A stretch of DNA of 64,000 nt. It comes from an uncultured bacterium. Lineage in GTDB: Bacteria > Bacteroidota > Ignavibacteria > UBA10030 > BY39. Location: positions 131,422-195,421 of the forward strand of contig CALCJK010000012.1 of the NCBI GenBank assembly GCA_937967455.1, in the 5' to 3' direction. The position numbers and the translations under genes were made by a program. Under the pieces are notes generated by a model. That model was not told where the DNA came from, did not search any database, and was given only the letters and a program-made list of their open reading frames with translations. Shown piece after piece: positions 1-9,300 of the stretch. The stretch's first letter is position 1. Each line of letters opens with the position of its first letter.

Positions 1-1
1 T

Positions 2-601
2 GATGCTATGATTGATGCTGGAATAGGATTGTCTAAAGCAGAATTACAAGAAAGAATAGATGCAATTTACAAAGAAAAAGGGATTGAATTCCAGAATGTT
101 TTTGATCAATTACTCTATGATATTTTTCAGAAGGTAGATTATAAAATACTTTCTGCTGGAATAATTGCTTATCGAAGAGCTCGCGAAGCAGCTCTTGTTC
201 CTTATCCACATGTTTATATCACGCTTATTGAGCTGGCAAAACTTGGTTTGAAATTAGCTGTTGTTTCTGATGCACCTGCAAGAGAGGCGTGGTTACGACT
301 TTGTTACTTGAATCTGCATCACATTTTTGATTGTGTTGTAACATTTGATGATACAGGTGAACGGAAACCAAGTCCAATTCCTTTTCAAAAAGTACTTGAA
401 CTTTTAAAAGTGAAAGGTGAAGAAGCTTTGATGGTAGGTGATTGGGCTGAGAGAGATATGGTTGGCGCAGCAAAGGTAGGTATGAAAACAGTTTTTGCAA
501 GATATGGGGATACATTTGGTACTAAATTCTCTGGAGCAGATTTTGAAATTGATGACATAAAAGAAGTCGTTGAAATAGTAAAAAAGGTAAACAAATGGTA
601 A
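2..601 (+). CDS. HAD-superfamily hydrolase (phosphatase-like); N-terminus lies upstream of the window
   Basis: Frame is open from position 2. HAD-like segments VVSDAP, ERKPSPIPF and MVGDWAERDM are present, but there is no N-terminal DxDxT motif, so the ATG at 8 is probably internal. Confidence 0.75.
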   Translation, partial: DAMIDAGIGLSKAELQERIDAIYKEKGIEFQNVFDQLLYDIFQKVDYKILSAGIIAYRRAREAALVPYPHVYITLIELAKLGLKLAVVSDAPAREAWLRLCYLNLHHIFDCVVTFDDTGERKPSPIPFQKVLELLKVKGEEALMVGDWAERDMVGAAKVGMKTVFARYGDTFGTKFSGADFEIDDIKEVVEIVKKVNKW

Positions 602-963
602 TTGGAATTGGTGTTGATGTAGTTGAAATCTTAAGAATGAAAAAAGTAATTAATGAATGGGGAAATGTATTCCTTGAAAAAGTTTTTACTGAGAATGAGT
701 TAAACTATGCCCGATCGAAGAAAAATTTTGTTCAGCATTTAGCTGCCCGATTTGCTGCAAAAGAGGCAGTTGCTAAAGCAATTTCGAGAGGTTGGTCTGG
801 AGGATTCAGATGGAAAGATGTAGAAGTATCGAATGACAAGACTGGAAAACCTGAAATTACTCTATATGGTAAACTTAAAGATGAATTTGCAATGAATAAA
901 ATCTTTATCTCCCTTTCTCATTCAGAAAATGTAGTTATTGCTTTTGCTATCGTAGAAAGGTAA
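595..963 (+). CDS. acpS: holo-[acyl-carrier-protein] synthase
   Basis: 122 aa with GIGVDVVEI, FTENELNYA and LAARFAAKEAVAKA, typical of AcpS-type phosphopantetheinyl transferases. The ATG overlaps the upstream stop (ATGGTAA). Confidence 0.9.
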   Translation: MVIGIGVDVVEILRMKKVINEWGNVFLEKVFTENELNYARSKKNFVQHLAARFAAKEAVAKAISRGWSGGFRWKDVEVSNDKTGKPEITLYGKLKDEFAMNKIFISLSHSENVVIAFAIVER

Positions 964-1022
964 ATTTTTGTTTTTAAGATGTAAATTTGTTATTATAAAT
1001 CTGAAATAAGTGAGAAATTAAT

Positions 1023-1430
1023 ATGAAACAGATAGGAATTAAAAAACTTTATTATTCGATCAGTGAAGTGAGTAAAATTACTGATCTTGAACAGTATGTA
1101 TTAAGATACTGGGAATCTGAGTTTGAGCAGTTGAAACCAGCAAAGAACCGAGCTGGGAACAGAATTTATACAAACAAAGATATCAAATTGATTCTCTATA
1201 TAAAAAAGTTATTGCGAGATGAACGATATACAATTGAGGGTGCTAAGCAAGTTTTACAATCTTATGTACCTGAGGAAGAGGCAGGTGAGCAATTAGAGTT
1301 GATACCACCATCTACAGAAACGCAACAGAACCAACAAATACCTAGCACTAAAAGTTTGGATACAAGATTAAAGAATGATTTAATAGAGATTAAAAAATTT
1401 TTTGAAGAATTACTAATTAGATTAACATAA
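1023..1430 (+). CDS. MerR-family transcriptional regulator
   Basis: N-terminal HTH YSISEVSKITDLEQYVLRYWESEF followed by RIYTNKDI, the MerR wing pattern; 135 aa. Confidence 0.7.
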   Translation: MKQIGIKKLYYSISEVSKITDLEQYVLRYWESEFEQLKPAKNRAGNRIYTNKDIKLILYIKKLLRDERYTIEGAKQVLQSYVPEEEAGEQLELIPPSTETQQNQQIPSTKSLDTRLKNDLIEIKKFFEELLIRLT

Positions 1431-1435
1431 AAAAT

Positions 1436-1510
1436 CGGAACGTGGCGCAGCCCGGCTAGCGCACTTGCTTGGGGTGCAAGGGGTCGCGGGTTCAAATCCC
1501 GCCGTTCCGA
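1436..1510 (+). tRNA. tRNA-Pro (anticodon GGG)
   Basis: Hand-folded cloverleaf. Acceptor CGGAACG/CGTTCCG, D stem GCGC/GCGC, anticodon stem CTTGC/GCAAG with loop TTGGGGT, T arm GCGGG-TTCAAAT-CCCGC, discriminator A. No CCA is encoded. Confidence 0.9.
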
Positions 1511-1565
1511 CAAGTTTTTTAATTCCTGTCCAACCTAAAATTACATAATAAAAAATTTTACATCA

Positions 1566-2174
1566 ATGATAATCTTATATAAAAAAGCACTTATTCTATC
1601 TTATATTACAGTTACATATAATATTCTGGAAGGTATTGTGTCTGTGTTTGCTGGTGGGTTAGCCAACAGTATAGCTCTCATAGGTTTTGGTTTGGATAGC
1701 TTCGTAGAATCTCTATCTGGTTTTATTATGATATGGAGATTCAAAAAATATGAGACTTATAATGAAGAACAGCATGAAAAAATAGAAAATAAAGCTGCAA
1801 GGTTAGTTGGTTATACCTTTTTTATTTTAAGTGCTTACATTCTTTATGAGTCAATGAAAAAATTATTAATACATGAAGTACCAGAACCCAGTTTATTAGG
1901 AATTATTATAGCAATAATTTCATTAATTACAATGCCATTACTTTTTTTAATCAAGTATCGAACTGGTAAAAAATTAAAAAGCAAGAGTTTAATTGCAGAT
2001 TCAAAGCAAACTTTTGCGTGTATGTTGCTTTCTTTTGCATTATTGTTGGGATTGGGTGGGAATTATTTATTTGGTTTCTGGCAAGCTGACCCAATCGTTG
2101 GTTTGTTTATAGCTACTTTTTTAATAAAAGAAGGTTATGAAACAATTAAAGAATCAAGATTGTGTAGCTGTTAA
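1566..2174 (+). CDS. cation-efflux (CDF-like) membrane protein, transmembrane domain only
   Basis: 202 aa with about 5-6 hydrophobic helices. The N-terminal pattern NILEGIVSVFAGGLANSIALIGFGLDSFVES resembles CDF TM1-2. Cys-rich tail CSC. Confidence 0.5.
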   Translation: MIILYKKALILSYITVTYNILEGIVSVFAGGLANSIALIGFGLDSFVESLSGFIMIWRFKKYETYNEEQHEKIENKAARLVGYTFFILSAYILYESMKKLLIHEVPEPSLLGIIIAIISLITMPLLFLIKYRTGKKLKSKSLIADSKQTFACMLLSFALLLGLGGNYLFGFWQADPIVGLFIATFLIKEGYETIKESRLCSC

Positions 2175-2175
2175 T

Positions 2176-3297
2176 TTATTTATACCACTCAGTCTTTGGT
2201 TTATAAGTTGTTTTTATCTTTTTCTTTTCATTATATCTTTCAAGTGAGAGTTCGATAAGTTTATCCAGTAAACTTGAATAGGATAGACCTGAAGCTTCCC
2301 AGAGTTTTGGGTACATACTTATTGAAGTGAAACCAGGTATTGTGTTAATCTCGTTGAGATAAATTTTTGAAGTGTCTCTTTCAACCAGAAAATCTACTCG
2401 AGCCATACCTGCACAATCCAGTGCCTTATAACCCAGAATTGCACATTCCTGAATTTTTTTAATTATTTTACTCGGTAGAGTAGCAGGAATTTCTATTTTT
2501 GATTTTCCATCTATGTATTTTGCATCGTAGTCATAAAACTCATTTGAAGGTATTACTTCTCCTGGTACCGAAGCAATTGGTTGATGATTTCCTAATATGC
2601 TTACTTCTATTTCTCTCGCATTTATTACAGCTTTCTCAATTAGAATTTTTGTATCATATTTTGAAGCCAGCTCAATGCCTTGTAAAAGTTCTTTTTTATT
2701 GTGTGCTTTCGTAATGCCTACACTTGATCCAAGATTTGATGGTTTAATGAAGCATGGATAGCCTAATTTTTTTTCCACATTTTTTAATATTTGATTTTTC
2801 TCTAAAAAAAAATCTTTATAGAAAAACCAGAGTTTTTCAACAACTGGAATTTTTGAAAATTTTAGTAACTTATGTGCGGTAATTTTATCCATTGCAGCAG
2901 CAGAAGCTAATACACCGGATCCAACATAAGGTATGTCTGCAAGTTCAAGCAATCCCTGCAATGTTCCATCTTCTCCGTAAGTTCCATGTATTATCGGGAA
3001 AATTACATCAATTTTTTCTATTTTCATTTTATTGGAAAAGAGATTTATAAGCCCTTTTATATTTGGATCAGGAATTAATATTTTTCGGTTTTTTAAATCT
3101 AATTTTTTCTTCTTTTTAAGTAAATTAATAGCATTTTGAGCTGCTATCCATTGACCAGAAAGAGTTATTCCAATCGGAATTATATCGTACTTTTTTTTAT
3201 CCAGAGCTTGAATTACAGATTGTGCTGAAACTAACGATACTTCATGTTCTGCAGATCTGCCTCCGAATAAAATGCCAATTTTTAATTTTCTTTTCAT
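2176..3297 (-). CDS. ddl: D-alanine--D-alanine ligase
   Basis: KIGILFGGRSAEHEVSLVSA at the N-terminus and an ATP-grasp core (GYPCFIKPSNLGSSVGI, RVDFLV, LNEINTIPGFT). The ATG overlaps the upstream aldolase stop (ATGA). Confidence 0.92.
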   Translation of the reverse strand: MKRKLKIGILFGGRSAEHEVSLVSAQSVIQALDKKKYDIIPIGITLSGQWIAAQNAINLLKKKKKLDLKNRKILIPDPNIKGLINLFSNKMKIEKIDVIFPIIHGTYGEDGTLQGLLELADIPYVGSGVLASAAAMDKITAHKLLKFSKIPVVEKLWFFYKDFFLEKNQILKNVEKKLGYPCFIKPSNLGSSVGITKAHNKKELLQGIELASKYDTKILIEKAVINAREIEVSILGNHQPIASVPGEVIPSNEFYDYDAKYIDGKSKIEIPATLPSKIIKKIQECAILGYKALDCAGMARVDFLVERDTSKIYLNEINTIPGFTSISMYPKLWEASGLSYSSLLDKLIELSLERYNEKKKIKTTYKPKTEWYK

Positions 3298-4064
3298 TGT
3301 TGTTTACCCGATGACTGTCCTAAAATATTTTTTATAAATTGTCTTATATCGTCCTCTGAATTATTATTATTAATATTTGTATTATTTTTATCTGAAGTTG
3401 TGCAAGCGAGCTTCTCTGAAAAATTTTTCTCATAAATAGTTCTGCTTATTGATTTTAATTTTTCAACATCTGCACTTGTTAAACATTTTTCACCTCCTAA
3501 AAGTCGAGCTATAAATGTTATATGTGCAGCGTGTTCGACTTTCTCCAGCTTAAAATATGCATCAAGCAGGTCTTTTCCATAAGCAACAACACCATGATTA
3601 GAAAGTAATATAGCTTCTGTTTTATGAATGAAAGGTTCTATCGATTTTACAACTTCAATTGTAGATGGAGTTGCATAATCTGCAAGTGGAATTGCACCTA
3701 AACCAATTATTACTTCAGGGAAAAGACAACCAGTCAAATCTTGCCTTGCAGTTGCAAATCCAGTTGCATATGGGGGATGAGCATGAACAACAGCATTTAT
3801 ATCCTTCCTCTGGTTATAAATAAATAGATGCATTGCGATTTCAGTAGATGGCTTTTTATTTCCTGAAATAATGTTCCCATTTAAATCAATCTCAATTATA
3901 TCTTCTGATTTTAGGAATCCTTTGCTTATTCCTGTTGCTGTAGTTAAAATATTCCCGCTTTCGGAAATTCTAATACTTACATTTCCGTCGGTGGCAGAAA
4001 CAAAACCCTTTGCATAAATTAGTCTACATATTTGTATAATATTTTCTTTTAAGTCATTAATCAT
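3294..4064 (-). CDS. class II aldolase/adducin-family protein (fuculose-phosphate-aldolase-like) with an unusual C-terminal tail
   Basis: ATDGNVSIR, VVHAHPPYATGFA and LLSNHGVVAYG (zinc His ligands) are class II aldolase motifs. The last ~35 aa are an Asn-rich linker plus DDIRQFIKNIL. Confidence 0.85.
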   Translation of the reverse strand: MINDLKENIIQICRLIYAKGFVSATDGNVSIRISESGNILTTATGISKGFLKSEDIIEIDLNGNIISGNKKPSTEIAMHLFIYNQRKDINAVVHAHPPYATGFATARQDLTGCLFPEVIIGLGAIPLADYATPSTIEVVKSIEPFIHKTEAILLSNHGVVAYGKDLLDAYFKLEKVEHAAHITFIARLLGGEKCLTSADVEKLKSISRTIYEKNFSEKLACTTSDKNNTNINNNNSEDDIRQFIKNILGQSSGKQQ

Positions 4065-4117
4065 TTTATAAATTTATTTCAATTGCACAATTGCGCTATC
4101 AAAATTATAATATTTGT

Positions 4118-5113
4118 TTATTTTCTTAATATATATTCTTCAGCAATTTGAACTGCATTTGTAGCCGCACCTTTTCTTAAATTATCAGCAACTATCCAGA
4201 GATTTAAACCGTTTTTAACTGTTTCATCTCTTCTGATTCTACCGACATATACTTCATCTTTATTGTGTGTAATTATAGGCATAGGGTATACATTGTTTTT
4301 GGGATCATCCATTAGCACTATACCTGGTGAGTTTTTTAAAACTTTTCTTACCTCTTCAAGTTCAAAAGGTTTTTCAAGTTCTATATTTACTGCTTCGCTA
4401 TGACCACCGATTACTGGGACTCTTACACATGTAGCTGTTATTTTTAATGTAGGAAATTCCAGTATTTTCTTGGTTTCGTTCACCATTTTGATTTCTTCTC
4501 TTGTATATCCATCTTCGTAGAAAATATCTATATGTGGGAGACAATTATATGCGATAGGGTGAGGGAATTTTTGCCTGCGTGGAGGTAATTTCCTAATTTC
4601 ATCTTCTAACTGGTCAACAGCATATTGACCTGCGCCCGTTACAGCTTGATAGGTAGCCACTACAACTCGTTTAATTTTCCAATAATCGTGTAATGGTTTG
4701 AGCACAACTACCATTTGTATTGTTGAGCAATTTGGATTTGAAATCAACCCTTTATGCTTTAATATTTTGTGTGGATTTACTTCTGGAACAATGAGTGGTA
4801 CCCAATCCTCCATTCGGAAAATGCTACTGTTATCTATAACAAGTCCACAATTCTTTGCTGCTACGGGTGCAAATTCTTTACTCACTACTCCACCTGCACA
4901 AAAAAATACAAAGTCGAAATCGGTTAATGCATCTGCTGTAAGTTTATCCACAAAATAAACCTTACTTTTGAAGTCAATTTTTGTTCCTATTGATTTTTCA
5001 GTGGCGAAGAGTTTTAATTTCCCTACAGGGAAATTCCTGCTTTCCATTACCTCCAATATTTTTCTTCCTACAAGCCCTGTTGCTCCAACGATTGCTGTAT
5101 CGTAAAGCTTCAT
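4118..5113 (-). CDS. asd: aspartate-semialdehyde dehydrogenase
   Basis: GATGLVG Rossmann start, active-site NPNCSTI, VPVIGGHSEAV, and C-terminal DNLRKGAATNAVQIAE. Confidence 0.92.
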   Translation of the reverse strand: MKLYDTAIVGATGLVGRKILEVMESRNFPVGKLKLFATEKSIGTKIDFKSKVYFVDKLTADALTDFDFVFFCAGGVVSKEFAPVAAKNCGLVIDNSSIFRMEDWVPLIVPEVNPHKILKHKGLISNPNCSTIQMVVVLKPLHDYWKIKRVVVATYQAVTGAGQYAVDQLEDEIRKLPPRRQKFPHPIAYNCLPHIDIFYEDGYTREEIKMVNETKKILEFPTLKITATCVRVPVIGGHSEAVNIELEKPFELEEVRKVLKNSPGIVLMDDPKNNVYPMPIITHNKDEVYVGRIRRDETVKNGLNLWIVADNLRKGAATNAVQIAEEYILRK

Positions 5114-5128
5114 ATTTCTCTCCTCACT

Positions 5129-5806
5129 TTAAATAAATAGTTGTATTAAAATTATAAAGGGGTAAGATATTAATTGTACGACTGTAAAAAATACTGTTTT
5201 AAAACCATCTACTCTCATCAGCATAATAATTACAAATATGCCCAAAAATCCGATTTGCCTATAGGGTATACTTAGTCGGTCTGGTAAGAGCGATGCCAGA
5301 ACATGTGAACCGTCTAATGGCGGTATAGGAATCATATTAAAAACAGCCAGGATTATATTTAAATAAATTCCTCCCATAAACATTTTGACTAAGAAGCCCC
5401 AGAGTTCAGTAAGCAGCTCAAAGTTTATATTCAGAATTAGTGGAGATAAGAGCATTAAGATTATATAAAATATTGTACAAATCAATGTCATAAAAATATT
5501 TGAAAAGGGTCCGACAACTGAAACCAGTATATCATCTCTTCTGAAATTAGAAAAGTTTAATGGATTAATTGGTACAGGTTTAGCCCAAGCAATGAAAATT
5601 TGCCCGGCAAAAAATAAAGAAAAAAGTGGTACGAGTATAGAACCAATAGGGTCAATATGTGGAATTGGGTTTAAAGTTAATCTACCCATCATCTTAGCAG
5701 TTGGATCACCTAAGCGAAGTGCCATATATCCGTGAGATATTTCGTGTACAACTACAGAAAAGAGCAAAATTGGTAATATGTATAAGTGTTCTATAAAATT
5801 TGGCAT
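5129..5806 (-). CDS. site-2 protease family (M50) membrane metalloprotease
   Basis: HEISHG (HExxH) lies within a TM helix and a second motif PPLDGSH is present. Polytopic membrane profile. Confidence 0.8.
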   Translation of the reverse strand: MPNFIEHLYILPILLFSVVVHEISHGYMALRLGDPTAKMMGRLTLNPIPHIDPIGSILVPLFSLFFAGQIFIAWAKPVPINPLNFSNFRRDDILVSVVGPFSNIFMTLICTIFYIILMLLSPLILNINFELLTELWGFLVKMFMGGIYLNIILAVFNMIPIPPLDGSHVLASLLPDRLSIPYRQIGFLGIFVIIMLMRVDGFKTVFFTVVQLISYPFIILIQLFI

Positions 5807-5920
5807 TGTGATATTTATTATTATTCGTTAAAAGATAAGTTTTTTTAAGCTAAAAGAAAAATTCCTTATAAATTTGTATATAATTAACTTGCTATTTATA
5901 TTTCTCAAAAAGGATTTTCA

Positions 5921-7018
5921 ATGGGTTCTGTAAAATTAGAAAATCTTAGAAAAACCTATGAACCGAATAATATAGTCGTTCGGGATATCAATCTTTTTAT
6001 ACCCGATAAAGAGTTTATTGTACTTGTAGGTCCTTCGGGGTGTGGTAAAACAACAACTTTACGGATGATAGCAGGACTTGAAGAAATAACAGATGGTAAT
6101 ATTTATATTGATGATCGACTGATTAATAATGTTCCGCCTAAAGATAGAGACATTGCAATGGTTTTTCAGAATTATGCATTGTATCCCCATATGGATGTTT
6201 TTGAGAATATGGCTTTTGGCTTGAAACTTCGTAAATACAATAAGGATGAGATTAAAAAACGAGTTGAAAAAGCTGCTGATATTTTAGGAATAAAACATCT
6301 TTTAAATCGTAAGCCAAAAGCTTTATCGGGTGGACAAAGACAAAGAGTTGCACTTGGGAGAGCAATTGTGCGACAACCTAAAGTTTTTCTCTTTGATGAG
6401 CCACTAAGTAATCTTGATGCAAATCTGAGAGTTCAGATGCGTACGGAGATTTCTCGCCTTCATCATCAAATTGAAACTACAATGATTTATGTAACTCACG
6501 ATCAAATAGAAGCGATGTCTATGGGCGATAGAATTGCGGTTATGAAAGACGGCATTATTCACCAGGTTGATACACCCTTGAATATATATAATAATCCTGT
6601 AGACAAGTTTGTGGCTTCTTTTATTGGTAGTCCAACTATGAATTTTATAAATGGTAGAATCGAGTACTCAGAAAATTATATTTTTCATTCAATCAATAAT
6701 TCTGTGAAAATTTTTCTCCCTGATAGATTTAAGAAGAGTTTAGATTCTTATAAAAATAAAGAATTGGTTTTAGGAATAAGACCTGAACATATTTATACAC
6801 ATGATGGCAAGAATAGTTTTGTTCCTATAGTAGGTTATGTAGAGGTTATAGAAACAGTTGGTAATGAAATGTTTGTTTATTTTAATCTTGGTGAAAATAA
6901 CAAATTAGTAGCTCGTATTCCACCAGATAACAGGATTAAAGTTAACCAAAGTTTTAATTTCCTTTTTGATACTGATAAATTACACTTTTTTGATAAATCG
7001 ACAGAAAAGGCAATTTAA
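5921..7018 (+). CDS. ABC transporter ATP-binding protein, MalK/UgpC/MsmK type (carbohydrate importer ATPase)
   Basis: Walker A GPSGCGKTT, signature LSGGQRQR, Walker B VFLFDEPLSNLD, H-loop YVTHDQ, plus a ~120-aa C-terminal regulatory domain. No permease or binding protein is adjacent. Confidence 0.9.
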   Translation: MGSVKLENLRKTYEPNNIVVRDINLFIPDKEFIVLVGPSGCGKTTTLRMIAGLEEITDGNIYIDDRLINNVPPKDRDIAMVFQNYALYPHMDVFENMAFGLKLRKYNKDEIKKRVEKAADILGIKHLLNRKPKALSGGQRQRVALGRAIVRQPKVFLFDEPLSNLDANLRVQMRTEISRLHHQIETTMIYVTHDQIEAMSMGDRIAVMKDGIIHQVDTPLNIYNNPVDKFVASFIGSPTMNFINGRIEYSENYIFHSINNSVKIFLPDRFKKSLDSYKNKELVLGIRPEHIYTHDGKNSFVPIVGYVEVIETVGNEMFVYFNLGENNKLVARIPPDNRIKVNQSFNFLFDTDKLHFFDKSTEKAI

Positions 7019-7019
7019 T

Positions 7020-7793
7020 TTATTCCTTTTGTTCTGTCTCTGGTTGTTCTGAAATTAGTTCTTTTACATTTTTATAGTAGTCAGGAACATCGAATAAATT
7101 TTCTGGTATTGATTTCTTCTCTAATTTAGTAACTATTGTTTTACTTGATCTCACCTTTGATTGCATAATTATGCCTTTTTCGCTGAGCAATTTATATCTA
7201 TCGATTTTTGTTACAGATGTTATTTTGTCGAGAATTTCTATCCAGTTGCCAGCATATTGATTTATATCTCCCAAGTCTTGAGTTAACCAGAATTCGCTAT
7301 CAAGACTATCGTTATTGGTAACTATATATTTTTTACAATTATATCCAGCTATCATAGCGGTTTCTTCAGTCTCATGAATTTTGTAATCTTCTGGTTGCCA
7401 CTTAACCCCCATATCTCTTTCCATTCTCCATCTTAAATTTGGTGGGAGTGTATCCATTTGTGCTCTCATTCTTCTTATACTTTCACGAGTTTTTTCTTGT
7501 TGTTTTTCGATAGCCTTGAATGTAATCTCTGTGTATAAGCTTTCCTCTGGGCTGAGGCGGTACATTAAAGATTTATCTAATCGTACAATTGTATAACTTG
7601 TATTGTATGGAGTTTGGTAGTCCGTTCTGAATTTGTTTGGAATTAAGTAAAGTTTTTGATTTAAAGTTGTAGTATCACCATTTTTGGATACTTGATAAGT
7701 AACTTGTTCGAAATATAAACCTTCAATCATTTTTGTAGTTTTGCATCCAAAGATTAATAAAAAGATAAGTGATATTAAAAGTGTTTTTCTCAT
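7020..7793 (-). CDS. hypothetical lipoprotein (DUF4412-like)
   Basis: Signal peptide with lipobox LIFGC. The family assignment is from memory of the fold family and is weak. Confidence 0.45.
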   Translation of the reverse strand: MRKTLLISLIFLLIFGCKTTKMIEGLYFEQVTYQVSKNGDTTTLNQKLYLIPNKFRTDYQTPYNTSYTIVRLDKSLMYRLSPEESLYTEITFKAIEKQQEKTRESIRRMRAQMDTLPPNLRWRMERDMGVKWQPEDYKIHETEETAMIAGYNCKKYIVTNNDSLDSEFWLTQDLGDINQYAGNWIEILDKITSVTKIDRYKLLSEKGIIMQSKVRSSKTIVTKLEKKSIPENLFDVPDYYKNVKELISEQPETEQKE

Positions 7794-7831
7794 AATTAAT
7801 TTTAAGTTTAAATGATTTTATTTATGTTCAG

Positions 7832-9289
7832 TTAAAATGGTAAATCTTCTGTTGGTGTAGTAGCAGGAATATATTGTTCTAAATATTCTGGTGCACGGTT
7901 TTCGAAACCTGCGTATTCGTTCTGGAATGTAAGGTAAACGGTTCCGATTGGTCCGTTTCTTTGTTTACCAACTATAATTTCAGCGAGTCGTTCTGTGCTA
8001 ATTTTATTCCCTCTGGAATCTTCAATTTCTGTAATTTTATAAGTTTCTGGACGATGCACAAATATTACAACATCAGCATCCTGTTCAATTGCACCTGATT
8101 CTCTCAAGTCTGCCAGAACAGGTCGCTTGTATATATCGCGGCGTGTTTCAAGTGCCCTGTTTAATTGAGATAAAGCAATAACTGGAATGTTTATCTCTTT
8201 GGCTAATGCTTTTAGAGAACGAGATATAAGAGAAATTTCTCTCTCTCGGCTATCTAAGCTTTTAGGTGGATGAATTAATTGTAAATAGTCGATAATAATT
8301 AATCCGATGTCGTGTTCAGCTTTTAATCTTCTTGCTTTTGCTCTAATTTCGAGTATCGATAGAGATGGTGAATCGTCGATGAAAATTTGAGCATCCGAGA
8401 GTTTGCCTACTGTTAGTGTAATTTTTTGCCACTTTTCTTCTGGAAGTCTACCTGTTCTTAATTTATGTGCATCAACCTTTGCTTCAGCTGCAATAAGTCG
8501 TGTAACAAGTTGTTGTTCAGACATTTCTATGCTGAATATTGCGACAGATGTAGGTTTGGCTGGGTGAAGTGCAGCATTTCTTGCAATTGACAATGCAAAT
8601 GCTGTTTTACCTTGAGATGGCCTACCTGCAACTATTATTAAATCAGAGTTTTGAAATCCACCTGTTAAATTATCTAAATCAACAAATCCTGTTGGTACTC
8701 CAGTAATTCCGTAATGTTTTTCGTGAATGCTTTCGAGTACTGCAATCGTTGAAGAAATTGCTTTCTTAATTGGAGTTGAACTGCGTTTCATTCTGTGTTC
8801 TGATATTTGAAATATTCTGGTTTCTGCCTGGTCCAGTAAATCAATTACATCCTCGTTGTCGTTATATGCTCTAGTTGCAATTTCTGTTGATGTAGCAATT
8901 AGATTTCGAAGTAAAGCTTTTTCCAAAACTATATGTGCATGATATTCAACATTTGCTGCACTCGAAACTTTCATTGTAAGCTCAGTTAAATATAAAGGTC
9001 CACCAATTTCTTCTAACCATCCTCTTCTTTTTAATTCCTCTGAAAGTGTTACCAGATCGATTGGTTCGTTCCTTTCGAAGAGGGTTGTAATTGATGAAAA
9101 TATTTTTTGATGTGCTGATTTATAGAACATATCAGCGTTGAGTATTTCAATTATTTTTGGAACTGCTTCCTTTTCAATCAGAGCAGCACCCAAAACTTGA
9201 GCCTCAATGTCAATAGCTTGAGGAGGAATTCTACCATCATGCAAATTATCTAAACTTGTATTAGTTTTGTTTCTTGTTTTTTTTGCCAT
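7832..9289 (-). CDS. dnaB: replicative DNA helicase
   Basis: PPQAIDIEAQVLGA N-terminal domain, Walker A AGRPSQGKTAF, IIIDYLQLI, SQLNR and VGKQRNGPIG. At 485 aa there is no intein-sized insertion. Confidence 0.95.
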   Translation of the reverse strand: MAKKTRNKTNTSLDNLHDGRIPPQAIDIEAQVLGAALIEKEAVPKIIEILNADMFYKSAHQKIFSSITTLFERNEPIDLVTLSEELKRRGWLEEIGGPLYLTELTMKVSSAANVEYHAHIVLEKALLRNLIATSTEIATRAYNDNEDVIDLLDQAETRIFQISEHRMKRSSTPIKKAISSTIAVLESIHEKHYGITGVPTGFVDLDNLTGGFQNSDLIIVAGRPSQGKTAFALSIARNAALHPAKPTSVAIFSIEMSEQQLVTRLIAAEAKVDAHKLRTGRLPEEKWQKITLTVGKLSDAQIFIDDSPSLSILEIRAKARRLKAEHDIGLIIIDYLQLIHPPKSLDSREREISLISRSLKALAKEINIPVIALSQLNRALETRRDIYKRPVLADLRESGAIEQDADVVIFVHRPETYKITEIEDSRGNKISTERLAEIIVGKQRNGPIGTVYLTFQNEYAGFENRAPEYLEQYIPATTPTEDLPF

Positions 9290-9300
9290 AATTTTTTATT

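Noticed and set aside
1262-1513. 83-aa minus-strand ORF overlapping the MerR gene and the tRNA
   Set aside because: It overlaps a well-folded tRNA-Pro and the 3' end of a supported gene, so it is an artefact.
7832-9289. Possible intein in DnaB
   Set aside because: The protein is of normal length (485 aa) with contiguous helicase motifs and no Cys/Ser...HN splice-junction insertion.
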